Positions 47,697 through 57,742 of a stretch of DNA of 64,000 bases are shown piece after piece (positions within the stretch are counted from its first letter, which is position 1; each line of letters begins with the position of its first letter). Below the pieces are notes generated by a model. The model was not told the DNA's origin, did no database searches, and worked only from the letters and a program-made list of their open reading frames with translations. Both the position numbers and the translations under genes were made by a program. Location: assembly GCA_958296135.2 (NCBI GenBank), contig CATQHZ020000001.1:3136001-3200000 (forward strand). Reading direction: 5' to 3'. The stretch comes from an uncultured Poribacteria bacterium. GTDB taxonomy: Bacteria > Poribacteria > WGA-4E > WGA-3G.

Positions 47697-47798
47697 TGTT
47701 GCAGAGCCATTCACAGTGTGCGCACGTTTTCCGAACAGTGTCCGATTTCATCCTGAAACTTCAGGCGATTTGGTTCCCTACATTCTATGCGGCGGTTC

Positions 47799-50756
47799 CT
47801 ATTCATTTTCCTCTTTCGTGGCTGGGGGCTCGATTAAGCCCACGCCGTTGTTTTGCCAATTATCCGCCTTCTCTTTCAACTTCTCGAGGTCTTCCGGATT
47901 CTTGATGTCCACGATGTGCGGCGTGATGATGATGACAATCTCCGCGTCTTCAAGTTTCGTCTCGGTTTTCTTGAACAAGCGGCCGAGGAGCGGGATGTCA
48001 CCCAGGAACGGGAGTTTTGTTTCAACCTCTATCCGTTTATTTCGGATGATACCGCCGACAACAATTTGCTGTCCATCTTTAGCATCAATGTAGCTGCTAA
48101 TGGCATTGTCCTCGGTTATCGGTGCGTTGAAGTCCGTGAACTCCACGAAGTTGCTCGCGCTGATATTGGTAATATCCAGGCCAATCGTGCGGGTGCCATC
48201 GGTGCCGGCCTGCGATTTGGCGATATACGGCGTAAGATCGATGTTAATGCCGACCGGCGGATCGATGAAATCGTAGTTGAAAAGTGGTTGCGTGACACCC
48301 TCGCCTAAAATGCTGTTGGTATCAACGCTTTGCAGATAGGGGATGCGCCTGCCGCTGGACCAGGTGGCTTGTTGGCTATCGCGCGTTAACAGCGAGGGTG
48401 TGGAGAGCGTCCGCACCTTATTCTCGCGAATCAGCGCGTGTAGCAGAGCCATGTATTCCTCTGTCGCTAGGCCGATGTTGAATCCGGAAATCTCTTCTTG
48501 GAGTCCCAATTCCGGTGTGAGTTCTCCAACAAGGGGGTTGCCGGTGCGCGGTTCAATGCCGAAAATTCTGTTTTCCTCCACTGTCAACTCGATGCCGAGT
48601 TTCGTAGTATCGTCAAGTGTGACTTCAAGAATGCGAATGTCTATCCACACCTGCCCGCGGACGAAGTCTAATTTGGCGATGAGGGCTCTGACATCGGGGA
48701 TGTAGCGCTGGAGTGTGGTAATAATGAGCGAGTTCGTGTCGGTGTCGGCATAAACCGTGACTTTTCCGCGGAGGGAATTAATGTCTTTCTGCTCCATGCG
48801 GCCGCCGCTTGCGAAGAATCGGCTAAAACTGAAGCCACTGCCTTGACTATCCGCGTCTTCCCAGACCTGGCCAAGCACCTCGGCGAGTTGTTCGGCGTTC
48901 GCATATTCCAACCGAATCGTCTCAGTTATCTCTTTTTGCCCCGCCGGTGTGGGGGTATCCATCGACTTGATAAATTCCGTGATGAGGTTAAAGTTGCGCT
49001 GTGTGGAAGTTGAGACGATGACAGCGTTGAGGGTGTTGTAGGCTTCCGCGGTGACGTTGCCGGCCAATGAGCCCTGCGTCTGATTGCGTTGCCGTTCGGC
49101 TAGGAAAAAGAAAAAGTTGCCGCTGTTTTGCGAGCTGCCTTGGTAAACGCTATTAATGATATTTGCGACGTTTTCTGCGTCGGCGTATTGGAGTTTATAC
49201 ATCCGAGTGCCCCATTCCTGGTCTGGCATGGCGACATCGACTTGGCTAATGAGGTTCTCAATAATCTCGAAATTTTGCGATGCGGTGGAAACCATGAGCG
49301 CGTTGAGCCGTGCATCGGGGACAATGTGGACTTCGCCCTGGATGCCGAATCCGGTCTCCCCGCTAGGTTGGCGTTGCACTCTTGCCCACCACGGTCTCTC
49401 GCGGTCTGCCCCGGTGCTTCCGCCTTCAAAAAGGTCCTGGAGGCCTGGTGCCAGGTCTGTGGCGTTCGCAAACTGGAGGTAGTAGATTTTGATTTCTTCG
49501 CGCGTCTGCTCCTGGTCGAGCGAGTTGATAACCGTTTCGATGATAGGGAAGTTGCGCGGGTCTGAGGAGACGACGACAACGTTCAGTCTATCGTCGCGGG
49601 AGACTCTGACTTCCCCGATGATGCCTTGGTTTTCGATGCCCGTTTCCCGCTGAAACGCGCGCAGTTTCGCCCGGTCCCAGCGGTCGACTCTGCCGGTATT
49701 CCGCTCGCTCTCGCCTGTCAGTACTTCCTGCAAAACTGTGGCAATATCTTCGGCGGCGGCGTTCTTAAGCCGAAATACGCGAATCTTGGTTTGAATGCTC
49801 GGTGATATGTCTAACTGCCGAATGAGTTCGCGGAGGAGGACTAGGTTCGCCTCGGATGCCTTCACGACAAGCGAGTTGGAATTGCTATCGGCGTAGACTT
49901 TCACGGTGCCTTGGAACATTTCAAAGTCGCTTCCTTCTTGGACTGCCTGCCTTGCTTCGCTTGCGTCGCCGACTCTTCTGCCGCTGTTCGCTTTTTCCTC
50001 GTCTTCTTCATCGAGGAAGACTTGCGTGAGCGTTTGCGCGACTTCGGTTGCGTCTGCGTGCGTCAGTGGAATAATCGCGATGCGCAAGGGGAACCGTTCC
50101 CCTTCATCGGCGATTTGCAAGATAGAGACGATGCGTCGGATGTTGGATGCGACATCGGTGATGACGAGCGCGTTCGTGGTGGCTTCGGCGAAAATAACCG
50201 CCTGTTTATTGAGCAGGGGGCGCACAGCATCCACTTGGTCGGCAGCAACAGCGTTCTCCAGTTGCACGACGTAAGTCTGGATTTCATCTGTCTCTTCCAC
50301 TTGTGCCGGATCGGCGAAGATGTGGTTAAACGGCACTTTCATCACCATCGCCTTCTCAAAGGTGGTGATGAGGAGGGTGCTGTCGGTGCGAATGAGCGTC
50401 AGGTTATACTGCGCGAGGATGGTTTTGATTTTTTCTACCACCTGGTCCAACGTGACGTTTTTAAGATTAATCAGGGAGAACCTTTTATCCCGCATGTCCT
50501 CTTCGCTCGCGATGATGGTGAGGTCTGTTTCACGTGCCAGCCATTCCAAGAGCCCTTTGAGTTCTTGGCCGGTGAAGTTGAAGTCAAAACGGATGGCGCG
50601 TCCTTCGTCATCGGTTTCGGCTACGCGCATTGGCGGTTCTTGCTGGTTCTGAGCGGGGAGCTCCGTAAGCAGGCCTAGCAGCATCCCCATACAAACAAGT
50701 AAAATGAACGTTTTTGTATGTCGCAATGCGTTTGATAACATCTCTGGTCCAATCAT
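47799..50756 (-). CDS. gspD: Type II secretion secretin with expanded N-domains
   Basis: N0, six N-type repeats, QVWIDIRILEV, LSTPSLLT and LPFLGDIPLLGRLFK. Confidence 0.9.
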   Translation of the reverse strand: MIGPEMLSNALRHTKTFILLVCMGMLLGLLTELPAQNQQEPPMRVAETDDEGRAIRFDFNFTGQELKGLLEWLARETDLTIIASEEDMRDKRFSLINLKNVTLDQVVEKIKTILAQYNLTLIRTDSTLLITTFEKAMVMKVPFNHIFADPAQVEETDEIQTYVVQLENAVAADQVDAVRPLLNKQAVIFAEATTNALVITDVASNIRRIVSILQIADEGERFPLRIAIIPLTHADATEVAQTLTQVFLDEEDEEKANSGRRVGDASEARQAVQEGSDFEMFQGTVKVYADSNSNSLVVKASEANLVLLRELIRQLDISPSIQTKIRVFRLKNAAAEDIATVLQEVLTGESERNTGRVDRWDRAKLRAFQRETGIENQGIIGEVRVSRDDRLNVVVVSSDPRNFPIIETVINSLDQEQTREEIKIYYLQFANATDLAPGLQDLFEGGSTGADRERPWWARVQRQPSGETGFGIQGEVHIVPDARLNALMVSTASQNFEIIENLISQVDVAMPDQEWGTRMYKLQYADAENVANIINSVYQGSSQNSGNFFFFLAERQRNQTQGSLAGNVTAEAYNTLNAVIVSTSTQRNFNLITEFIKSMDTPTPAGQKEITETIRLEYANAEQLAEVLGQVWEDADSQGSGFSFSRFFASGGRMEQKDINSLRGKVTVYADTDTNSLIITTLQRYIPDVRALIAKLDFVRGQVWIDIRILEVTLDDTTKLGIELTVEENRIFGIEPRTGNPLVGELTPELGLQEEISGFNIGLATEEYMALLHALIRENKVRTLSTPSLLTRDSQQATWSSGRRIPYLQSVDTNSILGEGVTQPLFNYDFIDPPVGINIDLTPYIAKSQAGTDGTRTIGLDITNISASNFVEFTDFNAPITEDNAISSYIDAKDGQQIVVGGIIRNKRIEVETKLPFLGDIPLLGRLFKKTETKLEDAEIVIIITPHIVDIKNPEDLEKLKEKADNWQNNGVGLIEPPATKEENE

Positions 50757-50884
50757 GTCTCTCTCCGTATATCTGTCATCGACGTTGTCAATGACTACGT
50801 TTTTGAATTAATTTACGTTTCGGCGTGGCGCGGGACAGTCCCTCGCCTTACGGGGGCGGGCGGCGTGACGGCCGCCCCGGGCCC

Positions 50885-52141
50885 TCAAAAAATGCGTGCG
50901 AGCATGAGCACGTTCACACTCAATGTGGCTTCGCGCTCGCGTTGCGTTTCAGGCGCGCCGCGCGGCCCGGGGCGCGCGCTCGTCTGCTTCTCCACAGCAA
51001 TCCTCAAATCTCTGACAGTCAACCATTTCGTGCTAGTGTCAATCAGCTGGTTTAACTTAACCAATTTTTCCATATCCGTCTTGAATTTCATTTCAACGAT
51101 GTAAGTCTCATACTGATACGTTGACGGTGCCAAGGCTAGCTGCTCTACCAACGTTCGCCGTTTTTCCTGAATGGCTTCGACATATTCTATCAACGCCACA
51201 ATGAGTTGTTCCTGGTCAAACGGTGCGCTTAGGATGCTGTCCATTATATCCTCTTCGCTGTTCTCCGCTGCTAGACGCTGTTGGCGTGCGGTGTAAGCCT
51301 GCTCGGACTTCAGCAGTACCTCCAACAGTGGGCTATCCTCCAGAAACTGAACTTCTACCGATGCCGAGGTGGCACCGATGCCGAAGATACCGGGGTTAGC
51401 AACCGTAGTCCGCTCGTGAATCTGTGATTCAAAGAAGCCGCGTTTCAAACCGGTCGCGCCCCGTAATTCCTGTTCAACCATCGCACGGATGAAAGTGGCA
51501 AGATGGACGCGGATAGCCACCGGCATCACCTCTGGAAGGGGGGCAAACGTCTGCGGATTTTTCGTCTGCGCGGCTGTCGCGGGTTCATCTTCGCCGAGCC
51601 ATGCCCAAATGAGGGTGCCGAACATGTTCTCTTCTGCCTCCAGCTCCTTCTCAAGTGCCACTTTTTCTGCTTCCAGGTGTTTCTGGTAGAGGTAAAGCAC
51701 GAGGTTTTGACGGGTTTGCAAGGAGAGCTGCGCTGTCTGTTTGCCGGGTGCAGGCTTCGTCTGTATCTGATAGTTCTGTTGCACGCCGGCGCGTTTGACG
51801 AGCGCGTCGATGCGCCGTCTTATCACTGTCTCCGGATGCTCCCGAGCAAAGATAGTGGTTACATTCGGCTGATTTTGAACGGCTAAGCCGGTATCCTTGT
51901 AGATTGCGGATTCGACCTTTTTAAGGATTTGCGCCGCAGCAATCAGATTTTCTGTCCGCTGCAGCTGTTCTTGCTTGGAGTCCGTGTTGTCCCTGGAAAA
52001 TATGCCCCAAAATGCCGGTGCGATTTGCATCGCGAGCGCGGCGAGAAGGACAACGCCTAAGACGACAAGCAAGACTCGGGTTAGCGGGGTTAATTGGAGA
52101 TTCAAGTCCATATTTTTGTTATTTTTTCTCCTGCGTGCCAT
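50885..52141 (-). CDS. Single-pass membrane protein in T2SS cluster (GspM/PilO-like position)
   Basis: N-terminal TM helix, coiled coil and C-terminal ferredoxin-like pattern. Lies between the PilM-like gene and gspD. Confidence 0.5.
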   Translation of the reverse strand: MARRRKNNKNMDLNLQLTPLTRVLLVVLGVVLLAALAMQIAPAFWGIFSRDNTDSKQEQLQRTENLIAAAQILKKVESAIYKDTGLAVQNQPNVTTIFAREHPETVIRRRIDALVKRAGVQQNYQIQTKPAPGKQTAQLSLQTRQNLVLYLYQKHLEAEKVALEKELEAEENMFGTLIWAWLGEDEPATAAQTKNPQTFAPLPEVMPVAIRVHLATFIRAMVEQELRGATGLKRGFFESQIHERTTVANPGIFGIGATSASVEVQFLEDSPLLEVLLKSEQAYTARQQRLAAENSEEDIMDSILSAPFDQEQLIVALIEYVEAIQEKRRTLVEQLALAPSTYQYETYIVEMKFKTDMEKLVKLNQLIDTSTKWLTVRDLRIAVEKQTSARPGPRGAPETQREREATLSVNVLMLARIF

Positions 52142-53939
52142 CTTTTTTCGTGGGCATGTTTTCTGTGGGTGGCGACGCGACTTCAACTTCCGCGTTTTTC
52201 TCATTGGGCGGCAGTGCGTCTTTCACGTCCGCGTCGGGTTTCTCTTCCTGCAGCGTGTCGGATGCAGGCGGTTCGATTTCCAGTGCCTCTTCAGGTTCTG
52301 CTTCTTCAAACGTTGGAAGTGTTGGCATCAGGTACCGCTTTTGCGCGAACGCTTTTACAGCCGATGCAGCTAGGTTACAGCGTACCTGCACTTGGAAAAC
52401 CGTTTTCCTATTTTCAGATGCTGTCGTAACCTCCCCCAATTGGACGTTTGTAAATACGGTAGACCGGTTGAGCGCGCTGAGCAGGGAGTTGATTACGTTA
52501 TGAGAGGCGGCTTCCAAATTGAAGGTAATCCGCGCCTGCGCCGGTTTGTTCAGGTTCGTCACGTTGAAGTTCGTCCATGCTATTTGCGTCCGATCGGCGA
52601 ACGTTTCGCTGAGTGCGTACAAAATATCAAGCGGCGAGGGGTGATGGGTGAGCATGTCCGTGAGTGCCAATTCGTGTGCGAGCTGCGTTTGGGCGGTGCC
52701 TATCGAGTGGGTGAAATCCGTGAGTCGTATCTCCATTGATTCAGCTCGATGCTGCTGCAACCGCTGTAAGGTGAGCCCACCGAAAAGGATGCCTGTGGCC
52801 AACGCGCCCCCGAAAGTGCCGGCGATAAGGAACTGCCGTTTGCGCGCCGTTTGCGTGAGCGTTTTCTCTGCCTCTTCGGGTAAAAGCGAGACGCGCGTAT
52901 CCTTATCCAGCGCGCTCAGCGCGACACCGAACGGGACTGCAAACATATCTCCGTGTTCATCAAGGCTTTCTGCAGAGGTGATATCCATCTCCGCGCGTAG
53001 CGCGTCGAACGGGTTCCACAGCCGCGTCGGCATATTCAGTGCTGTTTCACACACTTCGGCGAGTTCGGGGATGCGCGCGCCGCCGCCACACAGCCAAAGT
53101 TCCGGAGGCGCGTTCTGTCCAGCTCTCTCCTCCATCTCGCGTTGCGCAGCGACGATAGAACGTCGTAGTTCGCCGATAAAGCGCGTTGCCCATTCCTGCG
53201 TCGGCATCTCTTGTGCGGAGAGGTGCCGTTTTTCCTCCTCCGCAGTCTCAAAATCGATGTTCAGTGCCGCCATCACATTTTCGGACAGGAGGTTGCCGCC
53301 GATGCGGAAACTGCGTGAGAACCGCAAGGAATTGTCCTGCATGAAGCAGAAGTCTGTCTGTCCGGCCCCGATATCAACGATGATTCTGTTTTGCGAGCGA
53401 GTTTCTTCTCGTTTTGCAACTTTAGCGATTGCCACCATTGATGGAATCACCGCCGTGGGCGACGCGCCTGTCTGCCTGACTGGGGCCATGTACCGCTCGA
53501 CTGCCTCCCGCCGGGTTGATACTAATTCCACGGACGTTGATTCGCCTGTCTGCTGCACGTTATGATAGGTGAAGATTGCTTCCTCCACCCGGAACGGGAG
53601 TTCTGTTTCCGCGGCGAGTGCGACGACATTTGCGAGCTGCTCATCTGTCGCCGCGGGCAGGTTCGCGAGGTGTTTGGTGTTCACCAAATATCGTGGCAGT
53701 GCCACGCCGACTTCGGTTTTCTGTCTGCTGAAAATCGCCCGAACACCGGTGGGGGTGCGGTAGCCTAAGCGCGCCCAGAGCGCGTTTACCGATGCCGAGA
53801 CAGACTGTCTATCCTCTCTGTCAGCATGCGCGACAACGCTTGCATGGACGAGCCGCAGGCCGGCTGAGCTCTGCTCGAGTTGAACGATTTTGGCTGTGTT
53901 TGTGCCGATGTCTATCGCCACTACCTGATTTTTCGCCAT
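52119..53939 (-). CDS. PilM/GspL-like actin-fold assembly protein fused to a PilN-like periplasmic part
   Basis: AIDIGT, VDIGAGQT, LCGGGA, SLLP followed by a TM helix. Confidence 0.8.
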   Translation of the reverse strand: MAKNQVVAIDIGTNTAKIVQLEQSSAGLRLVHASVVAHADREDRQSVSASVNALWARLGYRTPTGVRAIFSRQKTEVGVALPRYLVNTKHLANLPAATDEQLANVVALAAETELPFRVEEAIFTYHNVQQTGESTSVELVSTRREAVERYMAPVRQTGASPTAVIPSMVAIAKVAKREETRSQNRIIVDIGAGQTDFCFMQDNSLRFSRSFRIGGNLLSENVMAALNIDFETAEEEKRHLSAQEMPTQEWATRFIGELRRSIVAAQREMEERAGQNAPPELWLCGGGARIPELAEVCETALNMPTRLWNPFDALRAEMDITSAESLDEHGDMFAVPFGVALSALDKDTRVSLLPEEAEKTLTQTARKRQFLIAGTFGGALATGILFGGLTLQRLQQHRAESMEIRLTDFTHSIGTAQTQLAHELALTDMLTHHPSPLDILYALSETFADRTQIAWTNFNVTNLNKPAQARITFNLEAASHNVINSLLSALNRSTVFTNVQLGEVTTASENRKTVFQVQVRCNLAASAVKAFAQKRYLMPTLPTFEEAEPEEALEIEPPASDTLQEEKPDADVKDALPPNEKNAEVEVASPPTENMPTKKDGTQEKK

Positions 53940-53947
53940 TTTTTCCC

Positions 53948-55504
53948 TTAATCCTGTCGCCAATATTGAACCGTCACCGAATCCCTGCTTCTGTCAATGA
54001 TACCGACGCATGTCGCCACGACTTTGTTGTTCAGATCCGTGCCGGATGCCTCAATGCGATAGGCGTGTGAACGATATGTCACCCAATCCACAACTTCCCG
54101 AAATGTCTCAAAATCGATTTCCTGCACTTCCATCAATTGTGAGATGGCGGTGAAAGGATTGCCTTCGATCCCTTGTTCCGCTAAGTCTTGCGCTTGCTGG
54201 CTGTCGGATGGGGTTTCTTCTCGGCGTGCCGTGATGGCCTGCGCCTTCTCGGCATCCATCCCCGGCAACAACGCCATCGTTTCCGGTGATGCGGTGTTGA
54301 CGTTGATTAACCCGCTGAGCGTCTCGTCGTCTTTTAAGGTAACCTTATCAACGATGTTGACAAACTCTTCCTGCGTCAGCAGTTTTACCTCTTTGATGGC
54401 ATCGACGTTTTGGAAGGTGCCTTGCGTGTCGCGATGATTGACGATGCGTTCGGCGATGCCTTCGTCAATGCCGTCCAACGATTGCAACTCCTCGACATCG
54501 GCAGTGTTGATATTAACCTGTTCGCTGCCCGGCTGTTCTTCCTTTTCTTCGGCGGCGTTCTCTTCCTCTTGATTGCCGCCTTCGCCGCCTTCTGTCGTGA
54601 TTCTATCGCGGATGTTATTGAAAAGTTCGTCAGAAACAGCTTGGACATCGACGAGTTCAGCAATTTGTTCAAATTCGCGCTGTTGGATGAGCGATTCCGC
54701 CTCGGCTTGCGAGAAAATCTGTTGCTCGTTTTTCATCCGAACTCCTGTTAACTGTCCGGCATCCGCTGTGTTCACATTGACGCGAGCTTCGCCATTTGCA
54801 TCGGTGTTAGCGTCAATTGAATAGACGGTTGCTAAATGAACGAGCCCTGTCGCAGGAGGCGCGGCTTGCGTCCCGAGAGTTGTTGTCTGCGCGAGAGGGG
54901 CCCCGCCACGTTGTTCTGTCGCGGCCGGGAGGGTGCCCCTACCAGACGGGAGAGAGGTGCCGTCGGCTGATTGCAGGTTTCCATACAGCAGTTCTTCTGT
55001 CATCCCCTCAATTCTGGCGAGCGCGCGCACGGTACGATAGGGTTGTCCTTCATGGATCTGGTTCGCCAATTCCTGGGTGAAGGTATCGTCCGGTTCTGCG
55101 CCGGCTAAAGCGAGCAAGTTGACGATAAGTTCCGGATCTGCCGTGTTGATGTTAATTTTTGCCGATTCGTCTGTGACTGCAACGCGATAGACGAGCAGAT
55201 TTCCCAGTTGGATGCCATCCTCCACCTGGCCTTCCCGCGGCGCTGCCCAGTCTTCCCCGAGTGAGTCAAAGGGAGTCAGATCGCCGCGTAGCACGGCGAG
55301 TGTCCATTCAAACCCGGCTTTGGCGGCGTAGTGATACTTTGCACGCTCCAAGAAGTTCCGTTGTGCCCGCTGCTCTAAGTGAATGGAATAGAGCAGTTGC
55401 GTTGCGAGGATAGAGAGGATTGTCACTATCCAAAGCGTTGAGATGAGGGAGAGTCCTTCCTCATTAAGGCACCAGTTCCTCCAGTTGCTTTCGCGCGTTG
55501 TCAT
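53948..55504 (-). CDS. gspK: GspK-like minor pseudopilin with multiple helix-hairpin-helix modules
   Basis: G|LSLISTLW, DESAKININTA and four NxNTA repeats. Confidence 0.8.
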   Translation of the reverse strand: MTTRESNWRNWCLNEEGLSLISTLWIVTILSILATQLLYSIHLEQRAQRNFLERAKYHYAAKAGFEWTLAVLRGDLTPFDSLGEDWAAPREGQVEDGIQLGNLLVYRVAVTDESAKININTADPELIVNLLALAGAEPDDTFTQELANQIHEGQPYRTVRALARIEGMTEELLYGNLQSADGTSLPSGRGTLPAATEQRGGAPLAQTTTLGTQAAPPATGLVHLATVYSIDANTDANGEARVNVNTADAGQLTGVRMKNEQQIFSQAEAESLIQQREFEQIAELVDVQAVSDELFNNIRDRITTEGGEGGNQEEENAAEEKEEQPGSEQVNINTADVEELQSLDGIDEGIAERIVNHRDTQGTFQNVDAIKEVKLLTQEEFVNIVDKVTLKDDETLSGLINVNTASPETMALLPGMDAEKAQAITARREETPSDSQQAQDLAEQGIEGNPFTAISQLMEVQEIDFETFREVVDWVTYRSHAYRIEASGTDLNNKVVATCVGIIDRSRDSVTVQYWRQD

Positions 55505-56388
55505 TGCGGCGGTCCTCCCTGTTCCTCTGGCGCGGCAGGGGGTTGCGGCAAAGCAACCATCGTTGATTGGTTCATCACATTGGGCTGCGTTGCGGCCGGC
55601 TGAACTTGTGTTGCCTCAAGGCTGAGCGGAGGCTGTTCCTCGCCTCTCACTGTTATCAAGATACGAACCGCGACTGGGTTGCTGTCCTCCTGGTCCCATG
55701 AATCATACCATGTTTCCTGGTCATCGAGATACTTCAGGTCGAAATTGACGATTCCTGTGACGAGGGTTGCGATTTGAAAATAAATCGGTTCGCCGTTTTC
55801 GTCTGTTTGCGGTGCTGTTCCTGTCTCTATCAGAGAACCGATAGCGACTTCGGGGTTGAGAGCCGTGGTAGTCACCCGATAGAGTGCCAGTTCTTCTGTC
55901 TGTGCATCGGCGTTCGCGCTCGGGAGTGCGTTCCTACCGGTTTCTCCCGGCGGCATATCGGCACGGACGAAATAGGCGACGCGCTGGACATCGCTTACCA
56001 ACGGCGGTAACCTCGCCAAATTTTGTTGCGAACCACCCCTGCCGGCATTGAGTTGCGCCAGAAACGGGTCCGGATCTGTCCGCACCAATGTAACGAAACT
56101 GAGCATGTCACGTTCTCCCGATTCTGAAGGCACATCTTGCGTATAGAGCACGAAATCCGGCTCTTCTGGCGAAGCTTGGAAGTGCTTCAAATCGGTTACG
56201 AGTCTGTCTAACGCGACCCGAGTTCGCTGTGCAGCAAGTATCCTCGCCTCGGTCTGATGGTAAGCATCTATCGAGGTTTTGAAGACAGCGTAAGCGGCAC
56301 CGGCGATGATGGCGAGGATGCTGACAGAGACGAGCATCTCAACGAGGGTGAAGCCGCTTTCGTGAGGTTCTGGGTAACTCTTGTGCAT
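55501..56388 (-). CDS. gspJ: GspJ-like minor pseudopilin
   Basis: GFTLVEMLV, W..SWD..PVAVRI, and gene order. Confidence 0.75.
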   Translation of the reverse strand: MHKSYPEPHESGFTLVEMLVSVSILAIIAGAAYAVFKTSIDAYHQTEARILAAQRTRVALDRLVTDLKHFQASPEEPDFVLYTQDVPSESGERDMLSFVTLVRTDPDPFLAQLNAGRGGSQQNLARLPPLVSDVQRVAYFVRADMPPGETGRNALPSANADAQTEELALYRVTTTALNPEVAIGSLIETGTAPQTDENGEPIYFQIATLVTGIVNFDLKYLDDQETWYDSWDQEDSNPVAVRILITVRGEEQPPLSLEATQVQPAATQPNVMNQSTMVALPQPPAAPEEQGGPPQ

Positions 56389-56463
56389 CCTGTATTCCCT
56401 TTTCGGTAGGCAGTGTTTGCAACTGCGAGTTCGTGCGCGCTTCCAAAGCCTACCGGATGTGTT

Positions 56464-56880
56464 TTATTGTTCTTGCTGCTTCTGCTTGTCCGCTACAAAG
56501 GTATACATGGACATCGAACGTTCTCTGCCGAGGTGCTGCCATGAAACCGCGACTTGAATCCGCCGCACGCCTTGCACCTCTTCAGATTGGATATCCTCAA
56601 CGATAGAATGCCACTGATAACGTGAGTTATCCCCAAATTCTCCGGTTTCTTCACCTATTTCCGGATAGCCGTCCAGTTCAATCTCTGCCATCCGGAATTT
56701 GATGAGGTAGAGTGCCGTTGTCTGGTTATCGGAAAGTGCCTGATTTCGGGTTGCAGATGAGAAAACCTGCAACAGCGCGGGTAGCACGGCGGCCAGAATC
56801 GTCAGCGTTACCAGAATTTCAACAAGCGTAAATCCGTGTTCGTTAGAAGGATGCATGATGTTTGTTTCATTTTTAGACAC
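56464..56880 (-). CDS. gspI: GspI-like minor pseudopilin
   Basis: GFTLVEILV, small size, and gene order. Confidence 0.75.
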   Translation of the reverse strand: MSKNETNIMHPSNEHGFTLVEILVTLTILAAVLPALLQVFSSATRNQALSDNQTTALYLIKFRMAEIELDGYPEIGEETGEFGDNSRYQWHSIVEDIQSEEVQGVRRIQVAVSWQHLGRERSMSMYTFVADKQKQQEQ

Positions 56881-56985
56881 GGCGAGGGTTAGCTGAGGCG
56901 GGGCGGCACACGCCCGTTTTCTGTCGGCGTGCCCGTGACGGCCCTCGCCCTCCGGTGAAATGGATGGACAGGTCCCTCTCTCGGT

Positions 56986-57732
56986 TTACTGAGAACGTGC
57001 ATTTTCTTCAAAACCTAGTTCCGCAATCTCTTCATTTGTGAGGTGTCGCACGCGAACGCGTCCACTTGCTGCCTCAACGGTGACAGACATTACCTTATTT
57101 TGCTGGTTCTGAAGGTAGATCTGCGTATCTTCAGAAGCCGCGGTCGGCGAGAAGTAGACATACTCAACGCCGGAATTGACGTGCGCGGTCTGCCCGTTGT
57201 GGTTTGTTACCACAGCTGCTAGCGTTATCTGCTGTTCCAACGCCTGCGGCACGCCGAGGATGCTGCCTGTGCGCGATACTCCCTGTTGCGCGGTTTCCGC
57301 GGTGGAGCCAAGATTAGGTGCTCGTGCATTTCCCGCGGTGATGACTGAAGTCAGCGGGTTTCTCGGGTCGAACGTTTCGCTGGAGGCGAGCCAGCACTGC
57401 TCCCTGTCCAGATCGAGCACGACGAGGTGTCCTGTTCGTTCCGTGATGGCCATATCTCGTGCGAAGACAAGCAGGTTGCGGACGGTCTGCGCGGATGCCT
57501 TCAGGCGGCGCGTTGAAGCGAATCCCCTCAGGGCGGGCATGGAAATCGCGGAGAGCACGGCAATGATTGTCATGACGAGCAGGAGTTCCATCATCGTGAA
57601 ACCGCGCTCGGATTGCCGGGGTGAATTTCTATGTCGGCCCGGCGCGGGACGTGTTGCGCGATCGAAGTAAGGTGAGGGACAGGTCTCCCTCGCCCTCCAT
57701 TTGATAGGGGAGTCTTTGTATCCGGCTATCAC
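56986..57732 (-). CDS. gspH: GspH/FimT-like minor pseudopilin with long leader
   Basis: RGFTMMELLLV, A..ARDMAI, F.PT and SGRV. Plausible GTG start at 57732, just after gspG. Confidence 0.7.
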   Translation of the reverse strand: MIAGYKDSPIKWRARETCPSPYFDRATRPAPGRHRNSPRQSERGFTMMELLLVMTIIAVLSAISMPALRGFASTRRLKASAQTVRNLLVFARDMAITERTGHLVVLDLDREQCWLASSETFDPRNPLTSVITAGNARAPNLGSTAETAQQGVSRTGSILGVPQALEQQITLAAVVTNHNGQTAHVNSGVEYVYFSPTAASEDTQIYLQNQQNKVMSVTVEAASGRVRVRHLTNEEIAELGFEENARSQ

Positions 57733-57742
57733 GTTCGCCGTT

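Noticed and set aside
54895-54965. Possible REP insert in the low-complexity GspK linker (SGRGTLPAA)
   Set aside because: It contains GTAG but no convincing palindrome or match to an intergenic family.
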